A DNA stretch of 63,068 nt, counting the filler. It is 6 parts of 6 records of this genome, joined end to end, with 100 filler letters (N's around TTAATTAATTAA, not from the genome) between each part and the next. Parts side by side here need not be neighbours in the genome. Positions count along the whole stretch, not along the records: positions 12,344 to 24,007 come from SRR31156797_16271; positions 24,108 to 35,240 come from SRR31156797_16275; 4 more parts are not named here. One strand, 5' to 3'. How positions within the stretch are numbered: the first letter of the stretch is position 1; each line of letters opens with the position of its first letter. The notes under the pieces were generated by a model. It ran no database searches. It was not told the DNA's origin and saw only the letters and a program-made list of their open reading frames with translations. The position numbers and the translations under genes are program-made. Shown here piece by piece: positions 18,445-27,089 of the stretch.

Positions 18445-19584
18445 ATGAAAGGCATAAAAAAATATCAGAATTTGAATAAGAAAGAATTGCTTTGGCGAGT
18501 GATTGCCACAGCTTTTTTATCTCTGATTGTAGTAGTAATTTTTGGTGCTGCCAAACACTCCACTGCGCAGGAGGTAATGTTTAGGGCAACTTTCGAGAAT
18601 AACTCACTGGATGCCGATGTGGGGAAATCATTTGCTCAAACTGATTCCCACGGTATTTTAGAGGTAGTCCAGAATCCGGCACCTGACAGTAGAAATAGTT
18701 CATCATATGTTCTTAAGTCTTCGTTAACTGAAAGTTCGAAGGGCAGGGCCGAGTATAGTAATGCCACTTCTATGAGATATCCTACCGAAGGAGAAACTCA
18801 TATTTATATCTGGAAAAGATATTACCCCAAAGACATGTTTAAAGATTTAAATCTTATCTGGCTTTTAGTCGCTCAATGGAAAACCTGGCCTTGTGAAAAA
18901 AATGGCGAGCATGGAGAATACATTTGTCCGGGTGGTGCAATATTTAATGATGTTGATTTTAAAAGTTGTGAAACAGAAAAATTCCGTTTTAGGGCTTTGC
19001 CCGATTGTAACAACATTTATGTCGATGCCGAAGAAGGAGTTTGGGAAGAATTTACAATGATTATTTATTGGTCTAATTCTCAGGATGGTTATTATCATCT
19101 GTTCAAAAATAATAAACTTGTTGGTGGGGAAACCAATGTAAAAACCATTTACGACAATTTCCCTGAAGACCATAGCTGTGATATCTATTTCACACTCGGT
19201 CTTTATTCCGGATGGAGTAGTTCTGTCAAGGATATAATTTCTTATTATATAGATGATTTTGCGGTATATAAAGCCAACAATAAAGCAGAACTCCAAAATG
19301 TTTGCCCTGAATGCATGAGCCAAATATCTACCTCATCAGTAAAATATGGATTACAGGAAGATGTGTTTGAGATCTATCCAAACCCTTGCAAATCATATGT
19401 AAATGTTTTGCTGAAAAACGATTCAGAGGTAAGCATTTATAACACATTAGGAGAACTGATTTATCAAAAGGAACTGCAGCCAGGAGAAAACAGGGTAGAT
19501 CTGAATTTTCATTCCGGTACATTTTTAATTAAAGTAACCGATTGTGGTTCAAATAATACTTCAATCAAAAAAATTATAATCTGA
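18445..19584 (+). CDS. Polysaccharide lyase-like jelly-roll protein (heparin lyase I/PF14099-like) with T9SS sorting domain
   Basis: RAEY, AQWK, W..F.M.I.WS...DGY and YFTLGLY...YIDDF pattern; IYPNPC C-terminal domain. Confidence 0.62.
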   Translation: MKGIKKYQNLNKKELLWRVIATAFLSLIVVVIFGAAKHSTAQEVMFRATFENNSLDADVGKSFAQTDSHGILEVVQNPAPDSRNSSSYVLKSSLTESSKGRAEYSNATSMRYPTEGETHIYIWKRYYPKDMFKDLNLIWLLVAQWKTWPCEKNGEHGEYICPGGAIFNDVDFKSCETEKFRFRALPDCNNIYVDAEEGVWEEFTMIIYWSNSQDGYYHLFKNNKLVGGETNVKTIYDNFPEDHSCDIYFTLGLYSGWSSSVKDIISYYIDDFAVYKANNKAELQNVCPECMSQISTSSVKYGLQEDVFEIYPNPCKSYVNVLLKNDSEVSIYNTLGELIYQKELQPGENRVDLNFHSGTFLIKVTDCGSNNTSIKKIII

Positions 19585-19600
19585 AGGAAATTTAATATAC

Positions 19601-21130
19601 ATGAAAAAGATTAAAACAATACTCATCGGCTTAGGATTACTAATTTCTACTTTAGGTTTCGCGCAGCCTTTTGCAATTCCTGCAGGAGCTTTAGGACTTG
19701 CAAAAAATGTAAGAGGGGCATATGAGGGTAGCTCAAGTCCAACCATTTTAACAGTTGACAGACTCACCGATGATTTGGGCAATAATGGAGATACTAAAGG
19801 CTCGTTCAGGTGGTGCATGACAAGGAATTACCCCCGTATAATTTTATTTGAAGTATCAGGGTATATAAACCTGACCACTTACCTTCGGGTAACGACTGAT
19901 AACGTTTCTATTTACGGGCAAACAGCACCCAGTCCTGGCATTACAATCTCAGGGGTCGATGTTGTTGATATCCGCTGCGATAATGTAGTAATTCAACATT
20001 TACGTTTCAGGTCTGCTTATGCTGGCTCTGCTCAAATTGATGCAATGTCGTTATACAATGCCGATAATATTTTTGTAGACCACTGTTCATTTAGTTATGC
20101 AAAAGACGAAAGCGTTGGTATTACCGGTACTTCTGATGATATGTCTGGAGATATTACATTTCAGAACTGTATATTTTCAAATCCCTTAGCTGGGAAAGAT
20201 GGTAAAGGCTTATTAGCCGGGAGTAATGTTTTAAATGCTTCGGTATTGCGAAGTGCTTTTATTCATTGTGGCATACGTTCGCCTTATCCAAATGGAGGTA
20301 ATTTTACAAAATGGGAAACTGTAAATACAATTGCCTACAACCCTGCATACTGGGGGCAAGAGCTGAGCGGTGGTAATAATCCTGAATTAAATATAATCGG
20401 AAATGTTTGGAAGGCAGGTCCAAATTCATCCGGGCAAAGACAGGTTGTAAGGTTTAGGAGTGGTTTTAGCACTGGGGCAAAAGTATATATGTATAATAAC
20501 TACTCGCCCAAAAGGGTTGGCAGCTCCGAGTGGGATGGAGTTGCTGTATATCAGGACTCAAGAGACTCCAGCGATTATAAAGCAGATAACCCGTTTTCAT
20601 GGGGCGAAACAAACCATTATGCTTATGATGTTCTTGAGGACAGCTTGGTTGCCAGTGCTGGAGCACGCCCATGGGACAGGGACTCTGTGGATATTATAGC
20701 AATAAACGATATGGTTGATGGTACAGGAAACTGGATCTCTTATCAATCGGAAGCATACTATCCTAAACTGGTTGAAAATAAAGTAGAATTGGACGTTCCG
20801 GATTCACCTCATGCCAATTCAGGAAATGGATATACAAATCTGGAAATGTGGGTGTATAATATTGCGGATAAGGTATATACTTCTAGCAATTTAATTAGAT
20901 CGTCAGAAAACAATATCAAGCTTTACCCAAATCCTGTAGAAGATTATCTTTTTATTGAAGGGAAAGCTAATTGTTCCATAGCAATATATGACATTAATGG
21001 TCAAAAGATGATGAGTAAAACGACGAATAAGGATCAAGTTCAGATAAATGTGAGTGGCTATTCGCCGGGAACATATATTGTTCGCGTGGAGGAAGATGAA
21101 ATTTACTCTTTGAAGTTTGTAAAGCAATAG
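19601..21130 (+). CDS. Pectate lyase-like beta-helix (PL1) with T9SS sorting domain, copy A
   Basis: GSFRW, IILFEVSGYINL, GQTAPSPGIT, QHLRFR, VDHCSFSYAKDE, RSP, GYTNLE; LYPNPV C-terminal domain. Confidence 0.85.
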   Translation: MKKIKTILIGLGLLISTLGFAQPFAIPAGALGLAKNVRGAYEGSSSPTILTVDRLTDDLGNNGDTKGSFRWCMTRNYPRIILFEVSGYINLTTYLRVTTDNVSIYGQTAPSPGITISGVDVVDIRCDNVVIQHLRFRSAYAGSAQIDAMSLYNADNIFVDHCSFSYAKDESVGITGTSDDMSGDITFQNCIFSNPLAGKDGKGLLAGSNVLNASVLRSAFIHCGIRSPYPNGGNFTKWETVNTIAYNPAYWGQELSGGNNPELNIIGNVWKAGPNSSGQRQVVRFRSGFSTGAKVYMYNNYSPKRVGSSEWDGVAVYQDSRDSSDYKADNPFSWGETNHYAYDVLEDSLVASAGARPWDRDSVDIIAINDMVDGTGNWISYQSEAYYPKLVENKVELDVPDSPHANSGNGYTNLEMWVYNIADKVYTSSNLIRSSENNIKLYPNPVEDYLFIEGKANCSIAIYDINGQKMMSKTTNKDQVQINVSGYSPGTYIVRVEEDEIYSLKFVKQ

Positions 21131-21161
21131 TATACCACTGAAAATAAACAATTTTAATAGT

Positions 21162-22697
21162 ATGAAAATCTCAAAAATAGTTTTTTTAGGATTGTCATTA
21201 TTCGCATGTACTTTGGCGTATTCTCAGCCTTATGCAATTCCTGAAGATGCTTTGGGTTTTGCTAAAAACGTAAGAGGCGCTTACGAAGGTAGTTTAAGCC
21301 CAACCATATTAACAGTAGATAGGCTCACCGATGATATGAGCAATGACGGAGATGCCAAAGGTTCGCTTAGATGGTGTCTTACAAGGAATTATTCCCGTAT
21401 AATTTTATTTGAAGTGTCCGGTTATATAAACTTATCAACATCTCTTAGGGTAGAGAATGATTATGTTTCGATATACGGACAAACAGCACCAAGCCCGGGA
21501 ATAACAGTTTCGGGAGTTGATGTTATTGATTTTAGATGCAATTATGTCGTATTACAGCATTTAAGGTTTCGTTCAAAATATGATGGAAGCAGTCAGATAG
21601 ATGCATTAACCGTTCTAAGGGGATCTAATGTTTTTATCGATCATTGTTCCTTTAGTTATGCCGAAGATGAATGCCTTGGGATTGGTGGCTCAACAGGCAC
21701 ATTTAAAGGGCCTTTAACGGTGCAGAATTGTATTTTCTACCAAGGCTTGAATTATAACCATAGCAAAGGCTTGCTACTTGGGGGATTATTTGATAGTACA
21801 ACAGTTGCCCGAAGTGCTTTTGTTCATTGTGCCGACAGAACTCCTTTTCCTGGAGATGATAACTACACCTCTTTCGAAGTATTAAATACCTTATCATACA
21901 ACTGCGCTTATTTTGGAATGAGTTTTTCAAAATCGAATGCTGCAAAGGTTCATGTTATTGGAAACGAATGGAGAATAGGACCAAATTCTTCGGGACAAAG
22001 GCAGGTTGTTCGAATTCGCACAGCGATGGATGATGATGCTCAGTTTTATCTGTACGACAATTATTCTCCCAAAAGAGTTGGGAATTCAGAATGGAATGGT
22101 GTGGTTTATTATGAAGGAGGAGGAAGAGATTCTTCAGATTTCAAGTCGGAAAGTAAGTTCCCGGGTTATGAAGAAAATTATTATTCGGTATCATCGCTTG
22201 ATGAAAATCTTAAAGCATCATCTGGCGCCCGACCATGGGACAGAGACTCTGTGGATATTATCGCTTTAAACGACATGGTGAATGGCACAGGGCATTGGAT
22301 AACTAATCAATCGGAAGCTTACTTTCCTAAACTTGCTGAGAATAAAGTGGAACTGGATGTGCCGGATTCACCACATGCCGATTCTGGCAATGGCTATACA
22401 AACCTGGAAATGTGGGTATTTAACATGGCCGATAAAATTTATACCGGAAGCAATTCAATTAAATATAGAGATGAAGAATTGTTCTTGTACCCTAATCCTG
22501 TGAAAGATTTGCTTTTTGTAAAAGGAAGACCTAATAGTTCTTATTCAATATACAATATTAACGGGCAGTTAATGTGTAGTGCTATAATGGGACCGGGCGA
22601 TGTGGGGATAGATGTAAGTGCCTATAAGCCTGGTATTTATTTCGCAAGGATTGAAGGTGTAAAAAATAGATGTTCATTAAAATTTATTAAACAATAA
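21162..22697 (+). CDS. Pectate lyase-like beta-helix (PL1) with T9SS sorting domain, copy B
   Basis: Same motifs as copy A (IDHCSFSYAEDE, HSKG, RTP, GYTNLE); LYPNPV C-terminal domain. Confidence 0.85.
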   Translation: MKISKIVFLGLSLFACTLAYSQPYAIPEDALGFAKNVRGAYEGSLSPTILTVDRLTDDMSNDGDAKGSLRWCLTRNYSRIILFEVSGYINLSTSLRVENDYVSIYGQTAPSPGITVSGVDVIDFRCNYVVLQHLRFRSKYDGSSQIDALTVLRGSNVFIDHCSFSYAEDECLGIGGSTGTFKGPLTVQNCIFYQGLNYNHSKGLLLGGLFDSTTVARSAFVHCADRTPFPGDDNYTSFEVLNTLSYNCAYFGMSFSKSNAAKVHVIGNEWRIGPNSSGQRQVVRIRTAMDDDAQFYLYDNYSPKRVGNSEWNGVVYYEGGGRDSSDFKSESKFPGYEENYYSVSSLDENLKASSGARPWDRDSVDIIALNDMVNGTGHWITNQSEAYFPKLAENKVELDVPDSPHADSGNGYTNLEMWVFNMADKIYTGSNSIKYRDEELFLYPNPVKDLLFVKGRPNSSYSIYNINGQLMCSAIMGPGDVGIDVSAYKPGIYFARIEGVKNRCSLKFIKQ

Positions 22698-22707
22698 AAT
22701 ACAGAAT

Positions 22708-24007
22708 ATGTCAATTAAGGGTAGGTTATTAATTGTACTTCTTAGTATCTGTTTTGGGGGATATTGTTCTCCTGAAGAGAAGGATAGCATCCAGATTATC
22801 GATGCCTGCCATTACAGTAATGTCTTTGGTGAGATTAGGAATTATCGCATTTTTTTACCAAAAAGTTATGATGAAAGTAACCCCGATAAAAAATTTCCGG
22901 TAATCTATTTCCTGCATGGATGGGATCAACGCTATTTTGGCAGCGGACAATGGGCTTATGCATCATACGAAATGGGAGAGGATAACAATGGCGACAACAT
23001 TACCAACTTCGTTTCAGGGCATGATGTAATAGTTGTAAAATCGGATGGTTATAACCGACGTAGCGATGAAGATTATTACAGAAGTCCATACAATATTGGA
23101 GGGAAACCACCAATCGGAACCTATCGCCAGTTCCCAATTTACTATCCCGAATTGATAGACTACATCGATGCAAATTACCATACCATAGCCGACAGGCAAC
23201 ATCGTGGAATTTCCGGTTTGTCGATGGGAGGGTTTACAGCAAGTTGGATTGGCGGCAAATATCCCCACCTGTTTTGTGCAGTTGGCAATTTTTGCGGCTC
23301 GCCTGAGTTTTATACAGGGCCGCAAACCATCCCTGTTTTGTACCGCCACCTCGATATGTTCGATAATTACGGGGGAATGAAATACCGCCTAAACAATGGC
23401 GATGAAGATTTTATCCGTGATTACCATGCTGATGTAAACCGAGTGTGGACGCAGGTAATGGATAATTACCAATATCAAATGTACCCGGCCGATCATTCCA
23501 CCTGCGGATTAAGCGACATGTTTTCATTTCTGATGGAAACTTTCGAAGAAGAGTTGCAAAAACCTGAACGCTGGAACCACATTGATGTTTACCCTGCATT
23601 TCAGGTTTGGGCTTATGAAGTTCATTCAGATCGGGATGTATCCGGGTTTACGATCCTGGAGAATGTTGATCAAAATGGATTCAGAAGTTCGGTAAGGGAA
23701 TTTCTCCCTGATGGACAAATACTCTCATTTGTAAATGTAGCTATTACAACTGCACCCATTTATAAAAAAAATACCACCTACGTAGTTAACGATATCAATC
23801 GAACAAGCTCTGAAGTAATTCAAAAGGAAATTAAAAGTGATGATGAAGGGAAACTGAAAATTACGATCGATGGAAGTATCCACGAGATTGGGATATGTGA
23901 ATTGGGTGGAAAACCCGAGTTGACAGTGGCTTCATTCAAACTGCTTAATGCTGGCTGGGTAACGCCCGGAAAAGATACCGAACTGAGCTTGTCGGTATTA
24001 AACAAAG
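22708..24007 (+). CDS. Alpha/beta hydrolase esterase (CE1-like), 3'-truncated
   Basis: FPVIYFLHG, ELIDYIDANY, nucleophile GLSMGG; runs into the contig end. Confidence 0.85.
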
Positions 24008-24107
24008 NNNNNNNNNNNNNNNNNNNNNNNNNNNNNNNNNNNNNNNNNNNNTTAATTAATTAANNNNNNNNNNNNNNNNNNNNNNNNNNNNNNNNNNNNN
24101 NNNNNNN
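24008..24107. other. Artificial contig spacer
   Basis: 44 N + TTAATTAATTAA + 44 N. Confidence 0.99.
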
Positions 24108-24743
24108 TCTGATTTCATGGCTCATGTTGGCCAGAAAATTACTTTTGGCCTGGGTGGCGGATTCCGCCTGTTTTTTTGCGTCATCAAGATCGTCCATGAT
24201 ATTGAGCATGGCGCGTTTGGCACGGGCCAGCTCTGCCACCTGGTCCTTAAGTTCCAGGGTTGCATTTTCCGTTTTCTGGTGGGCTGTTTTCAGTTCCTGA
24301 TTTTTTTTTAACAGATCATTGAACAGTTCTTGTCTGGGCGGTCGGCTCAGCATTTTCCGGGCTTTTTCAATCAAGGAATCCGATGGATAAAAGTCCAAAT
24401 CCGGCAGCTTTTTTACACCGGTGAACCATGACGCTTTTTGGTCGGTTCCAGATAGGGCACTATGGCTGAAAAAACTTGCGGCCAAGGGCTTTTTGGCATG
24501 GTCAAACGGTTCGATCCTGACGTGTATGGCATGCCCGTCTTCCTGGCGATCCAGCAACAAGGATGTTTGGGGTTTTTTATCCCCCGGTACATTTCCCAAG
24601 GAGACCAACTCAGTAAAAACCGTTGCGAATTTGGCTGCTTGAATATCATCAAAACCAAACCAGGTTGACATTTTGTAAAGCTTTAATGCGGTTTCCTTCA
24701 AACCTGATTTCGTACCCAATGAAAATTTCGCAAGTAGGATCAT
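24108..24743 (-). CDS. Histidine kinase with degenerate RsbT-like N-terminal domain, 3'-truncated
   Basis: ATGA overlap with the rsbX stop; FGFDDIQAAKFATVFTEL resembles the RsbT N-terminus; coiled coil; H-box AKSNFLANMSHEIR at the contig edge. Confidence 0.85.
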
Positions 24744-25342
24744 ATCCCGAACCTCAATGTAATACATGATAGATCATCAGATTCTTTTCCAAGGTGCGTG
24801 ATGAAATTGTTGCAGATCTCCTTTGCCTGGCCCTTAGTGATATCCGGATAGGCATTCGGATCAAAATGCTCCTTTATCCCGTCGGAGGTCATAACCAGAA
24901 TATCTCCGGGCATCAGCCGGGTCTGTGCCTGGGCCGGGGAGGGCATCATGTAGCCGACAATCCCGTCTTTTGTGACAAGGGTTTCGTGTCTTGTGCCAAA
25001 TAATCGCAGATGAATATTTCCCATCCCTGCGTATTCAAGAACGCCGGTATATAGATCCAGCCTGCAGGCGGCCGCCACTGCGCCCCGGGTTCCCTTTAAC
25101 CACCCATGCAACCCGGTGATAATTTCGGTTAATTGTTTTGTATAATTTTGGGCCAGGTAATCTTTTGAAAGTACCGCCACCTCAGCCGCAGACTTTCCAT
25201 GCCCCAGCACATCCACTAGGGACAGAAAACAAAAATTGTCGTACATTTTGATGAAGCCTATGTCTCCGCACTCGTCCGGTTCCCCGGTCAATGCTTTTTT
25301 TTCAATGTGAAAATCAATGATCTGCCCACTTGATTTCATCAA
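24740..25342 (-). CDS. rsbX: RsbX-like PP2C/SpoIIE phosphatase
   Basis: ECGD, DVLGHG, TRGAV, GIVG, TSDG and DD motifs; follows rsbT. Confidence 0.88.
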   Translation of the reverse strand: MMKSSGQIIDFHIEKKALTGEPDECGDIGFIKMYDNFCFLSLVDVLGHGKSAAEVAVLSKDYLAQNYTKQLTEIITGLHGWLKGTRGAVAAACRLDLYTGVLEYAGMGNIHLRLFGTRHETLVTKDGIVGYMMPSPAQAQTRLMPGDILVMTSDGIKEHFDPNAYPDITKGQAKEICNNFITHLGKESDDLSCITLRFGI

Positions 25343-25795
25343 TTAATCCATCCATTTTATCGCTGTTATCCAGGTGCCGACGCCCGGGGTCGATTGGATT
25401 TCAAATTCATCCATAATCCGTTTAACGCTGGGCAGTCCGAGTCCAAGTCCATTTCCGGAACTGTAATTTTCTTTCATGGCATTTTCCATATCGCTGATGC
25501 CCGGCCCCTGGTCCCGGGCATTGACTTCAAATCCAGCCTTGTCACCATTGTAAATTACGCTTAAGGTAATTTTCCCCTTTTGGGCATACCGGATAATATT
25601 AGTGGATACTTCTGAAACTGCTGATGCAATCAGGTACTGTTCGGTTTCTCCAAAATTCATTCCGGCTAAAATTTTTCTGGCACTGTATACGACCTGGGCG
25701 TTGTCCGAAGGCTCATGCAAATCAAAGGTTATCCGTTCATTTATAAAATCCCTGGGATCCGTCATTTTGTTCAGGACCTTTCCGGCACGATTCAA
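25343..25795 (-). CDS. rsbT: RsbT-like Ser/Thr kinase (anti-sigma regulatory factor)
   Basis: SEVSTNIIRYA N-box, DQGPGI, GLGLGLPSVKRIMDEFEI. Confidence 0.92.
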   Translation of the reverse strand: MNRAGKVLNKMTDPRDFINERITFDLHEPSDNAQVVYSARKILAGMNFGETEQYLIASAVSEVSTNIIRYAQKGKITLSVIYNGDKAGFEVNARDQGPGISDMENAMKENYSSGNGLGLGLPSVKRIMDEFEIQSTPGVGTWITAIKWMD

Positions 25796-26169
25796 TCTAA
25801 TCTGTGTTTGGTTAACATTTCAAAGGCGTCGTCTATGTTTCGTGCCGTTATGATATCATCGAAATCGGTATCCAAAGCCACCAATGAGGCTGCAACACCC
25901 GGTTGAAATCCGACAAATAACGGGGGCGTCCCCATCATGGCAACGGACCTGGCCACATTTTTAAGGACGGCAAATTCGCTTGAGCTAAGAATCCTTACGT
26001 CGGATACATCAATGATCACGCCTTTAGCCGGTTTTGTTTTCAGCTGCTTTAAAAGCTCTTTTCCTGTCCTGGAAAAGCTATTTTCATCCGCGTAACTGCT
26101 CAACGATGCAATCAGGCAGTTTCCCACCTGATGAACAGATGAACCGGATTCGTTCGCATCTTCATTCAT
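25792..26169 (-). CDS. rsbS: RsbS-like STAS protein
   Basis: 125-aa STAS domain (GVIIDVS, VGFQPGVAASLV) between rsbR and rsbT with overlapping stop/start codons. Confidence 0.85.
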   Translation of the reverse strand: MNEDANESGSSVHQVGNCLIASLSSYADENSFSRTGKELLKQLKTKPAKGVIIDVSDVRILSSSEFAVLKNVARSVAMMGTPPLFVGFQPGVAASLVALDTDFDDIITARNIDDAFEMLTKHRLD

Positions 26170-26971
26170 TCGCGCTCTTTTGTTTTACCTCTAGTTCCAT
26201 CAGCCTGAACGCATCTGACAGTGCATCCTGAAGCGTGGAATTGGTGGCGATATCCCCAAGCTCAATACCTAATTGAACAAGGGTTTCTGCAACCGCAGGA
26301 GAAATGCCTGAGATTATGCAGCGGCATCCCATCAATTTAGTGGCTTTGGCGATTTTAATCAGATGATTGGCCACGGCCGTATCCACAGCCGCCACTCCCT
26401 GGATATCCAGAATAATCACCTTTGCCGCAGTCTCCATGATCTTGGTTAGCATGGTATTCATCATTTGCTGGGCCCGCAGGGAATCCACCACCCCCACCAC
26501 CGGAAGAATCACTACCCTGTCCCAAAGTTTGATGGCAGGTGTTGAAATTTCCATGATGGTCCGGCTCTGTTCTTTAAGCTTTTTTTCCTGTCTCACCCGC
26601 TCGGTAATATCAAGGATATACTCCAAACCACCTACAATATTCCCGTTACTGTCTTTCATTGCCGTGGCGGTGTATTCAATGGGAATGTTTCTGCCGTTTA
26701 CTTTGATTTCATTGCGGGTGGTAAAGGCCTGTCCCCCATCAATGACTTGTTTCATCCGGCAATCATCGGTGCCGCAATGGCGGGATTTGATAATATCCCG
26801 GCATGGCATCCCCTTAATTTCCTCCCAGGGTTTACCAATCATCTTCAGTCCTGGTTTATTTAAAAAAATCAACGACATTTCACGGTTGACCGCCATGATC
26901 GGCGTGGGGACCTGCTGCAAAATGTTAAGCGCCAGAGCGTTGTCGATTTGATCAATATCTGAAGTATTCAT
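26162..26971 (-). CDS. rsbR: RsbR-like PAS-STAS stressosome sensor
   Basis: AGGAG RBS; PAS domain then EISTP...LPVVGVVDSLRA...VDTAVA...SGISPAVAETLV. Confidence 0.92.
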   Translation of the reverse strand: MNTSDIDQIDNALALNILQQVPTPIMAVNREMSLIFLNKPGLKMIGKPWEEIKGMPCRDIIKSRHCGTDDCRMKQVIDGGQAFTTRNEIKVNGRNIPIEYTATAMKDSNGNIVGGLEYILDITERVRQEKKLKEQSRTIMEISTPAIKLWDRVVILPVVGVVDSLRAQQMMNTMLTKIMETAAKVIILDIQGVAAVDTAVANHLIKIAKATKLMGCRCIISGISPAVAETLVQLGIELGDIATNSTLQDALSDAFRLMELEVKQKSANE

Positions 26972-27089
26972 CAGATTGTCTCCTTTGGTTTTTTTTATAA
27001 GAAAGGCTGTGTAACCTACACAGATCTTTCTCCTTTCATTGTGGACTGAACCACGGTGAAAAATCAGGTCAGCCCATGGCTGTTTTTGA

